A DNA stretch of 34,857 nt. Origin: Paraoceanicella sp. GTDB taxonomy: Bacteria > Pseudomonadota > Alphaproteobacteria > Rhodobacterales > Rhodobacteraceae. Positions 8,045-17,880 of the stretch are shown here, piece after piece. Location: contig JANNOT010000278.1 in NCBI GenBank assembly GCA_031399375.1, positions 1 through 34,857 on the forward strand, read 5' to 3'. The position numbers and the translations under genes were made by a program. The notes under the pieces were generated by a model. That model searched no databases. It was not told the DNA's origin and worked only from the letters and a program-made list of their open reading frames with translations. Each line of letters opens with the position of its first letter. Position 1 is the first letter of the stretch.

Positions 8045-11000
8045 CTATTCGGCCGCGAGCGGCAGCGGCGCGGGATGGGTCCGCACCGGCGTGCCGGGTT
8101 CCGCCGTCTGATAGGGCGGTTGCGCCAGCCCGGGTTCGTCGGGCGCGTTCGGCTTCATCGCCCAGGCAAAGAACCGGCCCACCAGGTGGCTGAAATCGTC
8201 GATCAGCGTGTAGAGCGACGGGATGAAGATCAGCGAGAGCACGGTGGACACCAGAAGCCCCCCGATCACTGCGATCGCCATGGGCGCACGGAATTCGCCA
8301 CCCTCGCCGCTGCCAAGCGCCGAGGGGAGCATGCCCGCGACCATGGCAAGCGTGGTCATCACGATGGGCCGCGCGCGCTTGCGCCCTGCATCGATGATCG
8401 CATCGCGCTGGGGTACGCCGTGGCGCTCCTGTTCCACGGCGAAATCGACCAGCATGATCGTGTTCTTGGTCACGATCCCCATCAGCATCAGGATCCCGAT
8501 CACCACGGGCATGGAGATCGCGTTGTTGGTCAGCTGAAGCCCGAGCACGACCCCGCCCACCGACAGCGGCAGCGCCATCAGGATGGTCATGGGCAGGAAG
8601 ACGCTGTGGAAGAGCAGGATCAGGACCACGAGCACCATCATGATCCCCGCCCCCATGGCCTGGGCAAAGCCGCCGAACACCTCGGCCTGGATCTCGGCAT
8701 CGCCGGTCTCCTGAATGCGCACGCCCGCGGGGAGGCCGTTTTCGGCGACGATCGCCTGGATGCGCGCGGCCCCCGTGCCGATCTCCTCGCCCGGCGCCAT
8801 GTCGGTGCCCACGGTGACCTGGCGTTCGCGGTCGAAGCGGTTGATCGTCGTCGCCCCCTCGCCGAACGAGATATCGGCGACGGCCGACAGCGGGACCGAC
8901 GCACCGGACGTCATGGTGACGCGCAGGTTGGCGATGGTGTCCAGCTCGTTGCGCGCATCCTCGGCCAGCTGCACCCGGATCGGTACCTGGCGGGTGCCGA
9001 TGTCGAACTTGGCAAGGTTCTGGTCCACATCGCCGATGGTGGCGACGCGGACGGTCTCGGAGATCGTCGCGGTGGCGATGCCCATGTCGGCGGCAAGATC
9101 GGTGCGCGGCAGGATGCGGATCTCGCCCCGCTCGAACGACGCGTCGGCCGAGGGGTTGGCGAACAGCGCATCGCGGCGCATCGCGGCCTCGATCATCTTG
9201 GCCCCTTCGGCCACGGCCTCGCCATCGGTCCCCAGCACGCTGATGGACAGCGGGCGCTCGCCCCGGTCGTTCACGTAGTAGAACCGGATGTCGGGAATGG
9301 CCGCGATCCGCCGGGCCACCTCGCCCTCGATCTCTTCCTGCGTCCGATCGCGCTCGCCCTTGCGGCTGAGGTTCACGATCACGCTGGCGCGCGCGATGTC
9401 GAGCGTACCGGTGGGGCTTGCCCCCCCGATGACGAAGACGTTCTCCACTTCGGGGATTTCACGCAGAGACCGGGCCACCTCGTCGGTCGCGGCATTGGTG
9501 TCGTCGAGCGTCGAGCCGGGTGGAAGCTCGATGGACGTCACGATGCGCGACACATCCTCCTTGGGGATGAAGCCGGTGGGCAGGAACCCGACGGAATAGA
9601 TCGACACACCAAAGAGCCCGACCCCGACCGCAAAGGTCAGCCAGCGCCAGCGCAGCGTCCAGCCGAGAAATGCGGTGTAGACACGGGTGATCGCACCCTC
9701 GCGCTCCTCGGGGTGCCCGGTCGCGCGCATGTAGTAGGCCGCGAGCATCGGCGTGATCAGGCGTGCGACCAGAAGCGAGAAGAACACCGCCACGGCGACG
9801 GTCAAGCCGAACTGCTTGAAGTACTGGCCGGGGATCCCGCCCATGAAGCTGACGGGGGCAAAGACCGCAATGATGGTGAACGTGATCGCGATGACCGCAA
9901 GGCCGATCTCGTCCGCCGCCTCCATCGAGGCGCGATAGGGCGATTTTCCCATGCGGATATGCCGAACGATGTTCTCGATCTCCACGATCGCGTCATCGAC
10001 CAGGATCCCCGTGACCAGCGTGATGGCGAGCAGGCTGACGAGGTTGAGCGAGAAGCCCATCATGCTCATCGCCCAAAAGGTCGGGATGGCGGCGAGCGGC
10101 AGGGTGATCGCGGCGATCGCGGTCGCCCGCCAGTCGCGCAGGAACAGGAGCACCACGATGACCGCGAGCACCGCGCCCTCGATCAGGGTCATCATCGCGG
10201 ATTCGTAATTGCCGTAGGTCGACGTGACGGAATCGTCGATCCGGGTGAAGGTGACGTCGGGGTAGCGTTCCGCGAGCGCGGCCACCTGCGTGTCAGCGAT
10301 GCGCGAGACGGTGGCGTCCGACGCCCCCTTGGACCGATAGATCGAAAAGCTCACGACCGGCTCGCCGTTCAGCCGGGCGAAGGAACGCGGCTCCTCCCAC
10401 CCGTCGGTGACGGTGCCGAGCTCTGCCAGGCGGACCGTGCGGCCACCGGGGACCACGATGGTGGTCTGGGCCAGGTCCTCGACCGTCGCGGCCGAGCCGA
10501 GCGTGCGGATCGTCTGCTCGCGGCCGCCGAAATCACCGCGGCCGCCCGACAGGTTGATGTTGGTCGCGCGCAGCTGCTCGCTGACCGAGGCCGCGGTGAT
10601 CCCCAGGGCCATCAGCCGGTCGGGATCGAGGTCGATGGCAATCTCGCGCGTCACGCCGCCCAGCCGCTCGACCTTGCCGACACCCTTCAGCCCCTGAAGG
10701 TCGCGCATCACCACGTCGTCGACGAACCAGGACAGCTCCTCGGGCGTCATGCCGGGCGACGACGCGCCATAGGTGACGATCGCCTGCCCCTCGATGTCGA
10801 TGCGGCTGATGATCGGTTCCTCGACCGTCTGGGGCAGGTCGGAGCGGATCTTCTCGATCGCGTCCTTCACGTCGTTCAGCGCGCGGTCGGTGTCGATCTC
10901 GATCTGGAACTCGGCGACGGTGGTGGACTGGCCGTCGGTGACGGTCGAATTGATGTGCTTGACGCCCGAGATGCCCGCGACCGCATCCTCGACCTTCTTG

Positions 11001-11197
11001 GTAACCTGCGCCTCCAGCTCGCTCGGCGCCACGCCCACGTCCGAGACGGTGACCGAGACCACGGGCACGTCGATATTGGGGAACCGCGTGATGGGCAGGG
11101 TCTGGAAGCTGAAATAGCCCAGCACAACCAGGACGAAAAAGAGCAGGACGGGCGGGACGGGATTGCGGATCGCCCAGGCGGAGAAGTTCCAGTTCAC
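8045..11197 (-). CDS. RND efflux permease, AcrB/AcrD/AcrF family
   Basis: 1050 aa with GTG start. Proton-relay motifs GILVDDAIVEIENI, GIVTKNTIMLVDF and RARPIVMT. Confidence 0.95.
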   Translation of the reverse strand: MNWNFSAWAIRNPVPPVLLFFVLVVLGYFSFQTLPITRFPNIDVPVVSVTVSDVGVAPSELEAQVTKKVEDAVAGISGVKHINSTVTDGQSTTVAEFQIEIDTDRALNDVKDAIEKIRSDLPQTVEEPIISRIDIEGQAIVTYGASSPGMTPEELSWFVDDVVMRDLQGLKGVGKVERLGGVTREIAIDLDPDRLMALGITAASVSEQLRATNINLSGGRGDFGGREQTIRTLGSAATVEDLAQTTIVVPGGRTVRLAELGTVTDGWEEPRSFARLNGEPVVSFSIYRSKGASDATVSRIADTQVAALAERYPDVTFTRIDDSVTSTYGNYESAMMTLIEGAVLAVIVVLLFLRDWRATAIAAITLPLAAIPTFWAMSMMGFSLNLVSLLAITLVTGILVDDAIVEIENIVRHIRMGKSPYRASMEAADEIGLAVIAITFTIIAVFAPVSFMGGIPGQYFKQFGLTVAVAVFFSLLVARLITPMLAAYYMRATGHPEEREGAITRVYTAFLGWTLRWRWLTFAVGVGLFGVSIYSVGFLPTGFIPKEDVSRIVTSIELPPGSTLDDTNAATDEVARSLREIPEVENVFVIGGASPTGTLDIARASVIVNLSRKGERDRTQEEIEGEVARRIAAIPDIRFYYVNDRGERPLSISVLGTDGEAVAEGAKMIEAAMRRDALFANPSADASFERGEIRILPRTDLAADMGIATATISETVRVATIGDVDQNLAKFDIGTRQVPIRVQLAEDARNELDTIANLRVTMTSGASVPLSAVADISFGEGATTINRFDRERQVTVGTDMAPGEEIGTGAARIQAIVAENGLPAGVRIQETGDAEIQAEVFGGFAQAMGAGIMMVLVVLILLFHSVFLPMTILMALPLSVGGVVLGLQLTNNAISMPVVIGILMLMGIVTKNTIMLVDFAVEQERHGVPQRDAIIDAGRKRARPIVMTTLAMVAGMLPSALGSGEGGEFRAPMAIAVIGGLLVSTVLSLIFIPSLYTLIDDFSHLVGRFFAWAMKPNAPDEPGLAQPPYQTAEPGTPVRTHPAPLPLAAE

Positions 11198-12354
11198 TGT
11201 GTGACCTCCTTGCGGTCCAGCACGACGGGCGTCACCGTATCCCCGTCCTGGACGAATGTTCCCGCACGCAGCACCACGACCTCACCCTCGGCCAGCCCCT
11301 CGACGATCTCGACCCGGCGCGGTGCGCGCAGGCCGATGCGGACATCGCGCGTCTCGATCCTGCCGTCGCGGACCACCTGGATCTGCGGCGCGGCCCCGTT
11401 GCCGAGCACGGCCGATGTCGGGACAACGACCGCGGTCGTGCGCGCAAGCTCGATGTCGCCGCGCCCGAACGCACCGATCTTGAGATTGGCGTCCGACGGC
11501 AGGGCGATGCGCACCTCGCCCAGCCGCGATGCGGGATCCACCCGCGGGGGGACGAGCCGGACGGTGCCCGTCACGGGGGTGTCGGTGCCCGACGGGGTCA
11601 GCACGACCTCCATCCCCGGGCGCAGGCGGACGAGATCGACCTCGGTCACCTCGGCCGCAAGCTCCACCATCCCGTCGCGCGCGAGGGTGAAGAGCGGGTC
11701 GGCCTGGGACGACACGATGGTCCCGATCCGCGCGGCGCGGGTCAGGATCACGCCGGCGGACGGCGCCCGCAGGTCCGTCTTTGACCGGCGCAGCGCAATC
11801 TCGCGCCGCGTCGCCTCGGTCACGGCCTTGCCCGCCTGGGCAGCCACCAGCCCCTGCCGCGCCGAGGCGAGTTGGGCGGCCGCAACGGCCGCCGCCGCCT
11901 CGCGCTCGTCGAGCACCTGGGACGCGGTCACACCCCGGCTTTCCAGGCTGCGCGCCCGCTCGAAGGCGAGGTCGGCCTCCACCTTCGATGCCTCGGCCTC
12001 GGCGATCCGGCTTTCGGCCTGGGCGATCTCCGCCTCGGCCCGCGCCAGCTCGGAGGCGTTCTGCAGCAGCTCGATCTCCAGCGTGTCGGGATCGAGCCGG
12101 GCGAGCACCTGCCCGGCCGCGACCACGTCGCCGACATCGGCCAGAAGGTCGAGCAGGCGCAGGCCGCTCACATCCACGCCCACCAGCACCTCGTCGCGTG
12201 CGACCAGCGTGCCGGTGACCCGCAGCGTTTCGGCAATCTCCTCGCGCTCGACCTCCACCACGGAGATCGAGGGCGGCTTCGGCGCCGTGTCCTGGGCGCG
12301 CAGCGGCAGCGCCGCCGCGACCAGGAGCGACAGGGTCGGAAGGAAGCGGATCAT
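11194..12354 (-). CDS. RND periplasmic adaptor (membrane fusion protein)
   Basis: Signal peptide, lipoyl halves (DVGDVVAAGQVLARLD; LRAPSAGVI), alpha-hairpin coiled coil and GLAEGEVVV. 4-nt overlaps with both neighbours. Confidence 0.93.
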   Translation of the reverse strand: MIRFLPTLSLLVAAALPLRAQDTAPKPPSISVVEVEREEIAETLRVTGTLVARDEVLVGVDVSGLRLLDLLADVGDVVAAGQVLARLDPDTLEIELLQNASELARAEAEIAQAESRIAEAEASKVEADLAFERARSLESRGVTASQVLDEREAAAAVAAAQLASARQGLVAAQAGKAVTEATRREIALRRSKTDLRAPSAGVILTRAARIGTIVSSQADPLFTLARDGMVELAAEVTEVDLVRLRPGMEVVLTPSGTDTPVTGTVRLVPPRVDPASRLGEVRIALPSDANLKIGAFGRGDIELARTTAVVVPTSAVLGNGAAPQIQVVRDGRIETRDVRIGLRAPRRVEIVEGLAEGEVVVLRAGTFVQDGDTVTPVVLDRKEVTQ

Positions 12355-13010
12355 CCAAGCCTCCGGTCTGCATGTTCTACGGGCCTGAGCAGGGTTTCCG
12401 TCACGCAGCGCAACATGGGTTCGATACGCGCGCGGGTCAGCATCGGATCAAAGGCGCGGCGGATCACGATCCCCTCGGCGAACGCCATGAGCATCGAGAT
12501 GGTCGGGCAGAGATCGACGCCCGCGGCGACCTCGCCTGCGTCCTGGGCCGCGGCGAGGGTCAGGTGAAGCTGGTCGCGGACGGCGACCTCGTTGCACAGG
12601 AACGTCTCGCCAATGGCGGTGTTGCGCATGCCCTCGGACATGACCTCGAGCGCGAGCGCCGTCGCCCCGGGGCGCTCCATCTCCTCGAAATAGGCGAGGG
12701 CCGCGGCCACCACGCGGTCGACCACGCTGCCCGGCCCCTCGAGCCGCTGGAGCACGGTGAACGCGCGGCGGCGCTCGTCCTCGGCAATGGCCGCGATGAT
12801 CTCTTCCTTGGACCGGAAATAGCGATAGAGCGCACCGGGGCTCATCCGCGCCTCGGCGCAGATGGTGTGCATCGAGGCGCCGTGGAAGCCCTCGCGCACG
12901 AAGGCGCGCTCGGCTGCCTCGAGGATTTGCCGCCGCCGCTGGTCGCGCACGGACTCGGCGTCGGTCTGCACCACCTCCGGCACCACCGGCCCGTCCGCCG
13001 ACAAGCTCAT
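12351..13010 (-). CDS. TetR/AcrR family transcriptional regulator
   Basis: HTH RRRQILEAAERAFVREGFHGASMHTICAEARMSPGALYRYFRSKEEII. Start taken at MSLSADG. Confidence 0.92.
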   Translation of the reverse strand: MSLSADGPVVPEVVQTDAESVRDQRRRQILEAAERAFVREGFHGASMHTICAEARMSPGALYRYFRSKEEIIAAIAEDERRRAFTVLQRLEGPGSVVDRVVAAALAYFEEMERPGATALALEVMSEGMRNTAIGETFLCNEVAVRDQLHLTLAAAQDAGEVAAGVDLCPTISMLMAFAEGIVIRRAFDPMLTRARIEPMLRCVTETLLRPVEHADRRLG

Positions 13011-13039
13011 CGCCTTGCCCCCACCATGTTCCTCAGACC

Positions 13040-13094
13040 CCGAGAATGATCGTTCGCTCTCGGCAAAATGTGGGCGTCCGGGGGCGGGCGTCAA
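13040..13094 (-). promoter_or_regulatory. Promoter and imperfect palindromic TetR operator of the tetR-MFP-RND operon
   Basis: Minus-strand TTGACG (13094-13089) and CATTTT (13070-13065), immediately followed by the palindrome CCGAGAATGATCGTTCGCTCTCGG (13040-13063). Confidence 0.55.
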
Positions 13095-13219
13095 GCGCTG
13101 ACTGCGCCATTGCCCCAAAAATGCCGCGACGCGGGCCTGGCAGCGCCCGAATCCGCCCTGGTCGGCTGACCGCTTGCGATCCAGCGGGGCAGGACCGCCG
13201 AATCAGGCGGGCATCAAGA

Positions 13220-13238
13220 CTTTACGCGGGCTTTACGC
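13220..13238 (+). promoter_or_regulatory. Putative KdpE binding site
   Basis: Direct repeat CTTTACGC-ggg-CTTTACGC with an 11-bp period, upstream of the kdp operon; resembles the TTTA-repeat box of OmpR-family KdpE. Confidence 0.65.
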
Positions 13239-13326
13239 CGACGCCCCGCGACCCGAATGGCGGGCCGCGACCCGAGGGGCTATCCCCAGCCCGCCGATAC
13301 GCCCCATCCCGGGGTGGGAGAGGGCC

Positions 13327-13410
13327 ATGCTGACCGTCATCTACGCCATCGCGCTTGTCGCGGGCTTCGTCGCCTGCCTCGGCCTCGTGCGCCTGTGCGC
13401 CCGGCTCTGA
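13327..13410 (+). CDS. 27-aa single-helix membrane peptide leading the kdp operon
   Basis: MLTVIYAIALVAGFVACLGLVRLCARL with a GGGAGAGGG RBS and GC-rich third positions. Its stop runs into the kdpF RBS (TGAGGAGGG). Confidence 0.7.
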   Translation: MLTVIYAIALVAGFVACLGLVRLCARL

Positions 13411-13421
13411 GGAGGGCGGAC

Positions 13422-13511
13422 ATGCTGATCGAATGGGGCCTCGGCGGCCTTCTGGCCGTCGGTTTCGTCATCTATCTCGGCTACGCGCTCGCGCGGCCCG
13501 AGCGTTTCTGA
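13422..13511 (+). CDS. kdpF: K+-transporting ATPase subunit F
   Basis: MLIEWGLGGLLAVGFVIYLGYALARPERF, ending in the YL.YAL.RPERF signature; directly upstream of kdpA. Confidence 0.9.
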   Translation: MLIEWGLGGLLAVGFVIYLGYALARPERF

Positions 13512-13524
13512 GGGAGGGGGCGCC

Positions 13525-15252
13525 ATGGCCGGCGATCTGGTTGAACTCGCGCTCTTTGTCCTGGCGTTCGGGCTCGGGGCCGTCGGCCTCGGCTGGTGGA
13601 TGGCCATCATCTTCGACCCCGGGGCGGGACGGGCCGCGCACTTCGCGGCGCTGGGGCGGATCGAGGGCGCGGTGACGCGCGCGTTCGGTGCGGACCCCTC
13701 CATCAACCAGGGCTGGGCGGCCTATGCCCGCGCGGCGATCCTGTTCAACCTCGCGGGCGCGGCGCTGATCTACGCGATCCTGCTGACCCAACCCTGGCAC
13801 CCGTGGAATCCACAGGGCATGGCCGCGGTCAGCCCCGCGATGGCCTTCAACATCGCCGTCAGCTTCGTGACGAACACCAACTGGCAGTCCTACGGGGGCG
13901 AGACGACGCTGAGCTATTTCAGCCAGATGGCGGGCCTGACGGTCCAGAACTTCCTGTCCGCAGGCACCGGGATCGCCGTCGGCGTCGCGGTGATCCGCGG
14001 ATTTGCGCGGACAGAGACGCAGGGTCTCGGCAATTTCTGGCTCGACCTGGTGCGGGCGGTGCTCTGGCTGCTCCTGCCGCTGTCGATCGCCATGGCGCTG
14101 GTCCTGATCGCCTGCGGCGTGCCGCAGAACCTGTCGGCATACACCGAGGCGACGACGCTCGAGGGCGCGCGCCAGATCATCGCCCAGGGACCGGCCGCGT
14201 CCCAGATCGCGATCAAGCAGCTCGGCACCAATGGCGGGGGCTTTTTCAACGTCAATTCGGCCCACCCGTTCGAGAATCCCGAGGCGATCTCGAACTTCCT
14301 CCAGACCTGGGCGATCCTCGTGATCCCCGCCGCGTTCTGCGTCCTGTTCGGCCGCATGGTCCAGGACGCGCGCCAGGGACGCGCGATCCTCGCCGCGATG
14401 GCGATCCTGCTGGCGGTCGGCTTCGGCGCGATCTGGGCGGCCGAAGCGGCGGGCAACCCGCTTCTCGCCCCGGTGCTCGCCGACGGCGCGGCAAACATGG
14501 AGGGCAAGGAGGTCCGGTTCGGCACCATGTCCTCGGCGCTCTGGGCCGCGGCGACGACGGCCGCGTCCAACGGGTCGGTGAATGGGATGCATGACAGCCT
14601 GACCCCGCTCGGCGGGCTCGACACGCTTCTGAACATCATGCTGGGCGAGATCATCTTCGGCGGCGTCGGCGCAGGCTTCTACGGCATGCTGCTCTTTGTC
14701 GTGCTGACGGTCTTCGTCGCGGGGCTGATGGTCGGGCGCACGCCCGAATACCTGGGCAAGAAGATCGAGGCCCGCGAGGTCAAGCTGGCCATGATCGCGT
14801 TCCTCTCCACCCCGCTCGGGACGCTGGTGGGCGCGGGCCTCGCGGCCGTGGTCCCGGTCGCGGTCGCGGCGGTGCAGGATCCCGGGCCGCACGGGCTGAC
14901 GGAGATCCTCTATGCCTATGCCTCGGCCACCGGCAACAACGGCTCGGCCTTCGGCGGCTACGGCGCGGGATCGACCTGGCACCTGACCGCCCAGGGGATC
15001 TGCATGCTCCTCGGCCGCTACGCGATCATCGTGCCGCTCCTGGCCATCGCGGGCGCGCTCGCGGCCAAGCGGCGGGTGGCGGTCACGGCGGGGACCTTTC
15101 CCACCCATGGCAGCCTGTTCGTCGGCCTGCTGATCGGGGTCATCCTGATCCTGGGCGGGCTCACCTTCTTTCCCGCCCTCGCCCTCGGCCCGGTGGCCGA
15201 GCATCTGGCGATGACCGCGGGCCAGACCTTCGGCGCCGTCGGCGCGGAATGA
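13525..15252 (+). CDS. kdpA: K+-transporting ATPase subunit A
   Basis: Filter segments [25 protein letters not shown] and NNGSAF; also MEGKEVRFG and [11 protein letters not shown]. Confidence 0.97.
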   Translation: MAGDLVELALFVLAFGLGAVGLGWWMAIIFDPGAGRAAHFAALGRIEGAVTRAFGADPSINQGWAAYARAAILFNLAGAALIYAILLTQPWHPWNPQGMAAVSPAMAFNIAVSFVTNTNWQSYGGETTLSYFSQMAGLTVQNFLSAGTGIAVGVAVIRGFARTETQGLGNFWLDLVRAVLWLLLPLSIAMALVLIACGVPQNLSAYTEATTLEGARQIIAQGPAASQIAIKQLGTNGGGFFNVNSAHPFENPEAISNFLQTWAILVIPAAFCVLFGRMVQDARQGRAILAAMAILLAVGFGAIWAAEAAGNPLLAPVLADGAANMEGKEVRFGTMSSALWAAATTAASNGSVNGMHDSLTPLGGLDTLLNIMLGEIIFGGVGAGFYGMLLFVVLTVFVAGLMVGRTPEYLGKKIEAREVKLAMIAFLSTPLGTLVGAGLAAVVPVAVAAVQDPGPHGLTEILYAYASATGNNGSAFGGYGAGSTWHLTAQGICMLLGRYAIIVPLLAIAGALAAKRRVAVTAGTFPTHGSLFVGLLIGVILILGGLTFFPALALGPVAEHLAMTAGQTFGAVGAE

Positions 15253-17297
15253 GGATCCCAGACATGCCCCATCCGACCCCGGCCGTCCGCGGCCTTCTCG
15301 ACCCCGCGCTGGTAGGTCCCGCCCTGCGCGCCGCGTTCGTCAAGCTCGACCCACGCCACATGGTGCGCAACCCGGTCATGATGGTGACCGAGGTGGTCGC
15401 CGCCCTCGCCACCCTGCTCGCGGTGCTCGGGGCGGATGGCGTGGACCGCAGCCTCCTGATCCAGCTCGCGATCTGGCTCTGGATCACCGTCCTCTTCGCC
15501 ACCTTTGCCGAGGCACTGGCCGAGGGGCGTGGCAAGGCCCGCGCCGACAGCCTGCGCGCGACCCAGGGCGAGACCATGGCCCTGCGCCTCGCCAGCCCCG
15601 ATGCCACATCGGGCGCGCGCGTATCGAGCCGGGCGCTCAAGCGCGGCGATCTGGTGCGCGCGGTGGCGGGCGAGGTCATCCCCGCCGATGGCGAGGTGAT
15701 CGGCGGCATCGCGGCCGTGGACGAAAGTGCGATCACCGGCGAAAGCGCGCCGGTGATCCGCGAGGCGGGGGGGGACCGGTCGGCCGTGACTGGAGGCACG
15801 CGGGTCGTGTCGGACCAGCTCGTCATCCGGGTGACCCAGACCCCCGGGGACAGCTTTCTCGACCGCATGATCGCCATGGTCGAGGGGGCGGATCGCCGGC
15901 GCACACCCAACGAGGTGGCACTTTCGATCCTGCTGACCGGGCTCACGCTGATCTTCGTGCTCGTCTGCGCGACGCTCCAGCCCTTTGCCATATTTTCCGG
16001 CGGCGCGATCCCGGTCGCCTTCCTGCTCGCCCTCTTCGTCACCCTGATCCCCACGACCATCGGCGGGCTTCTGTCGGCAATCGGCATCGCAGGCATGGAC
16101 CGGCTGGTGAAGGAGAACGTCATCGCCAAATCGGGGCGCGCGGTGGAGGCGGCGGGGGATGTCGACACGCTCCTGATCGACAAGACCGGGACGATCACGC
16201 TGGGCAACCGGATGGCCGAGATGTTCATCCCCGCGCCCGGCATCGCGGCCGAGCGGCTCGCCCGGGTGGCGCGCGAGGCGTCGATGGGCGATCCCACCCC
16301 CGAGGGCACGTCGGTCGTCGCACTCGCCGAACGGCTGGGCGCGCGGGATGCGGTCGCCCAGGGGACCGTCATCGCCTTTTCCGCCGAGACCCGGCTCTCG
16401 GGCCTCGATCTGGGGCAGCGCCGGGTGCGCAAGGGGGCGGTTGACAGCCTCGGCGCCTGGGTCCGCGGACAGGGTGGCGCGCTCCCCGCCGCGGTCCAGC
16501 AGGCGGCCGCGGAGGTGGCGCGCACCGGCGGCACGCCGCTGGCGGTGGCCGAGGGGGCGGAGGTGCTCGGGATCATCCATCTCAAGGACATCGTGAAGCC
16601 GGGGATCAAGACCCGCTTCGCCCAGCTTCGCCGCATGGGCGTGCGCACGGTGATGATCACCGGCGACAACCCCCTGACCGCGGCGGCCATCGCGGCCGAG
16701 GCCGGGGTGGACGATTATCTGGCCGAGGCGACACCCGAACGGAAGCTCGAACTCATCCGGGCCGAGCAGGCCAAGGGGCACATGGTCGCCATGTGCGGCG
16801 ACGGGGCGAACGATGCGCCCGCCCTCGCCCAGGCCGATGTCGGGGTCGCGATGAATGACGGGACCCCGGCGGCCAAGGAGGCCGCGAACCTCATCGACCT
16901 CGACAGCGACCCCACCAAGCTCCTTGCCGTCGTGAACGTGGGCAAGCAGCTGCTGATCAGCCGGGGCGCGCTGACCACGTTCTCGCTCGCCAACGACGTC
17001 GCGAAGTACTTCGCGATCCTGCCCGCGCTCTTCGTGGGCACCTATCCCGGGCTCGCCGCGCTCAACGTCATGGGGCTCGACAGCCCCGGCTCGGCCATCC
17101 TGTCGGCGGTGATCTTCAACGCGCTGGTCATCGTGGCCCTGATCCCGCTGGCGCTGCGCGGCGTCGCCTATCGCCCGGCCTCGGCCGCGGCGATGCTGCG
17201 GCGCAATCTCGCCATCTACGGGCTCGGCGGGCTGATCGTGCCCTTTGTGGGGATCAAGCTCATCGACCTCGCCGTCACAGCCCTCGGGCTTGCCTGA
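15249..17297 (+). CDS. kdpB: K+-transporting ATPase subunit B (P-type ATPase)
   Basis: Motifs [35 protein letters not shown] and ANDVAKYF. The start may be 15264. Confidence 0.97.
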   Translation: MRIPDMPHPTPAVRGLLDPALVGPALRAAFVKLDPRHMVRNPVMMVTEVVAALATLLAVLGADGVDRSLLIQLAIWLWITVLFATFAEALAEGRGKARADSLRATQGETMALRLASPDATSGARVSSRALKRGDLVRAVAGEVIPADGEVIGGIAAVDESAITGESAPVIREAGGDRSAVTGGTRVVSDQLVIRVTQTPGDSFLDRMIAMVEGADRRRTPNEVALSILLTGLTLIFVLVCATLQPFAIFSGGAIPVAFLLALFVTLIPTTIGGLLSAIGIAGMDRLVKENVIAKSGRAVEAAGDVDTLLIDKTGTITLGNRMAEMFIPAPGIAAERLARVAREASMGDPTPEGTSVVALAERLGARDAVAQGTVIAFSAETRLSGLDLGQRRVRKGAVDSLGAWVRGQGGALPAAVQQAAAEVARTGGTPLAVAEGAEVLGIIHLKDIVKPGIKTRFAQLRRMGVRTVMITGDNPLTAAAIAAEAGVDDYLAEATPERKLELIRAEQAKGHMVAMCGDGANDAPALAQADVGVAMNDGTPAAKEAANLIDLDSDPTKLLAVVNVGKQLLISRGALTTFSLANDVAKYFAILPALFVGTYPGLAALNVMGLDSPGSAILSAVIFNALVIVALIPLALRGVAYRPASAAAMLRRNLAIYGLGGLIVPFVGIKLIDLAVTALGLA

Positions 17298-17313
17298 GCA
17301 TCGGAGGACGACC

Positions 17314-17880
17314 ATGATTGCCGAACTGCGCCCCGCCATCACGATGACGCTCGCCATGACGCTGCTCACGGGCCTGGCCTACCCGCTTGCCATCACCGGG
17401 ATCGCCCAGACGCTGATGCCGGGGACGTCCGGCGGCTCGCTGGTCGAGCGGGGCGGCAGGATCGTGGGCTCCACCCTGATCGGACAGGGTTTTGCCCGGC
17501 CCGAATACCTCCATGGCCGTCCCGCGGCCGCGGGCTATGACGCGGCGGCGTCCACGGGGACCAACCTGGGGCCGACCAATGCGGGACTGGTGGCCGACGT
17601 GACGGCCCGCGCGGCGCTGGTGGCCGAGACCGACGGGGTGGCCCGCCCCCCGGCCGATCTGGTCACGTCGTCGGGATCTGGGCTCGACCCCCATGTCAGC
17701 CCGGCATCCGCCCGGCTTCAGGCCGCCCGCATCGCCCGCAGCCGCGGCGTGGCGCCCGAGGCCGTGCAGGCGATCCTCGATGCCGCGACCGAGGGATCGG
17801 GCTGGCTGGGTGAGCCCGGGGTGAACGTGCTGCGCGCCAATCTCGCGCTCGACGCCGCCCACCCCGTGCCGAATGGCTGA
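17314..17880 (+). CDS. kdpC: K+-transporting ATPase subunit C
   Basis: LAYPLAITGIAQ, GSTLIGQ.F, NLGPTN, DLVTSSGSGLDPHVS and GEPGVNVL..NLALD; GGAGG RBS. Confidence 0.95.
   Translation: MIAELRPAITMTLAMTLLTGLAYPLAITGIAQTLMPGTSGGSLVERGGRIVGSTLIGQGFARPEYLHGRPAAAGYDAAASTGTNLGPTNAGLVADVTARAALVAETDGVARPPADLVTSSGSGLDPHVSPASARLQAARIARSRGVAPEAVQAILDAATEGSGWLGEPGVNVLRANLALDAAHPVPNG

Noticed and set aside
8075-12388. 1437-aa plus-strand ORF, plus other long antisense ORFs (for example 15018-17369, 13468-15204, 32666-34687, 833-1879)
   Set aside because: These are shadow frames of well-supported genes on the opposite strand. They are Arg/Gly/Ala-rich, have no motifs, and are expected at this GC content.
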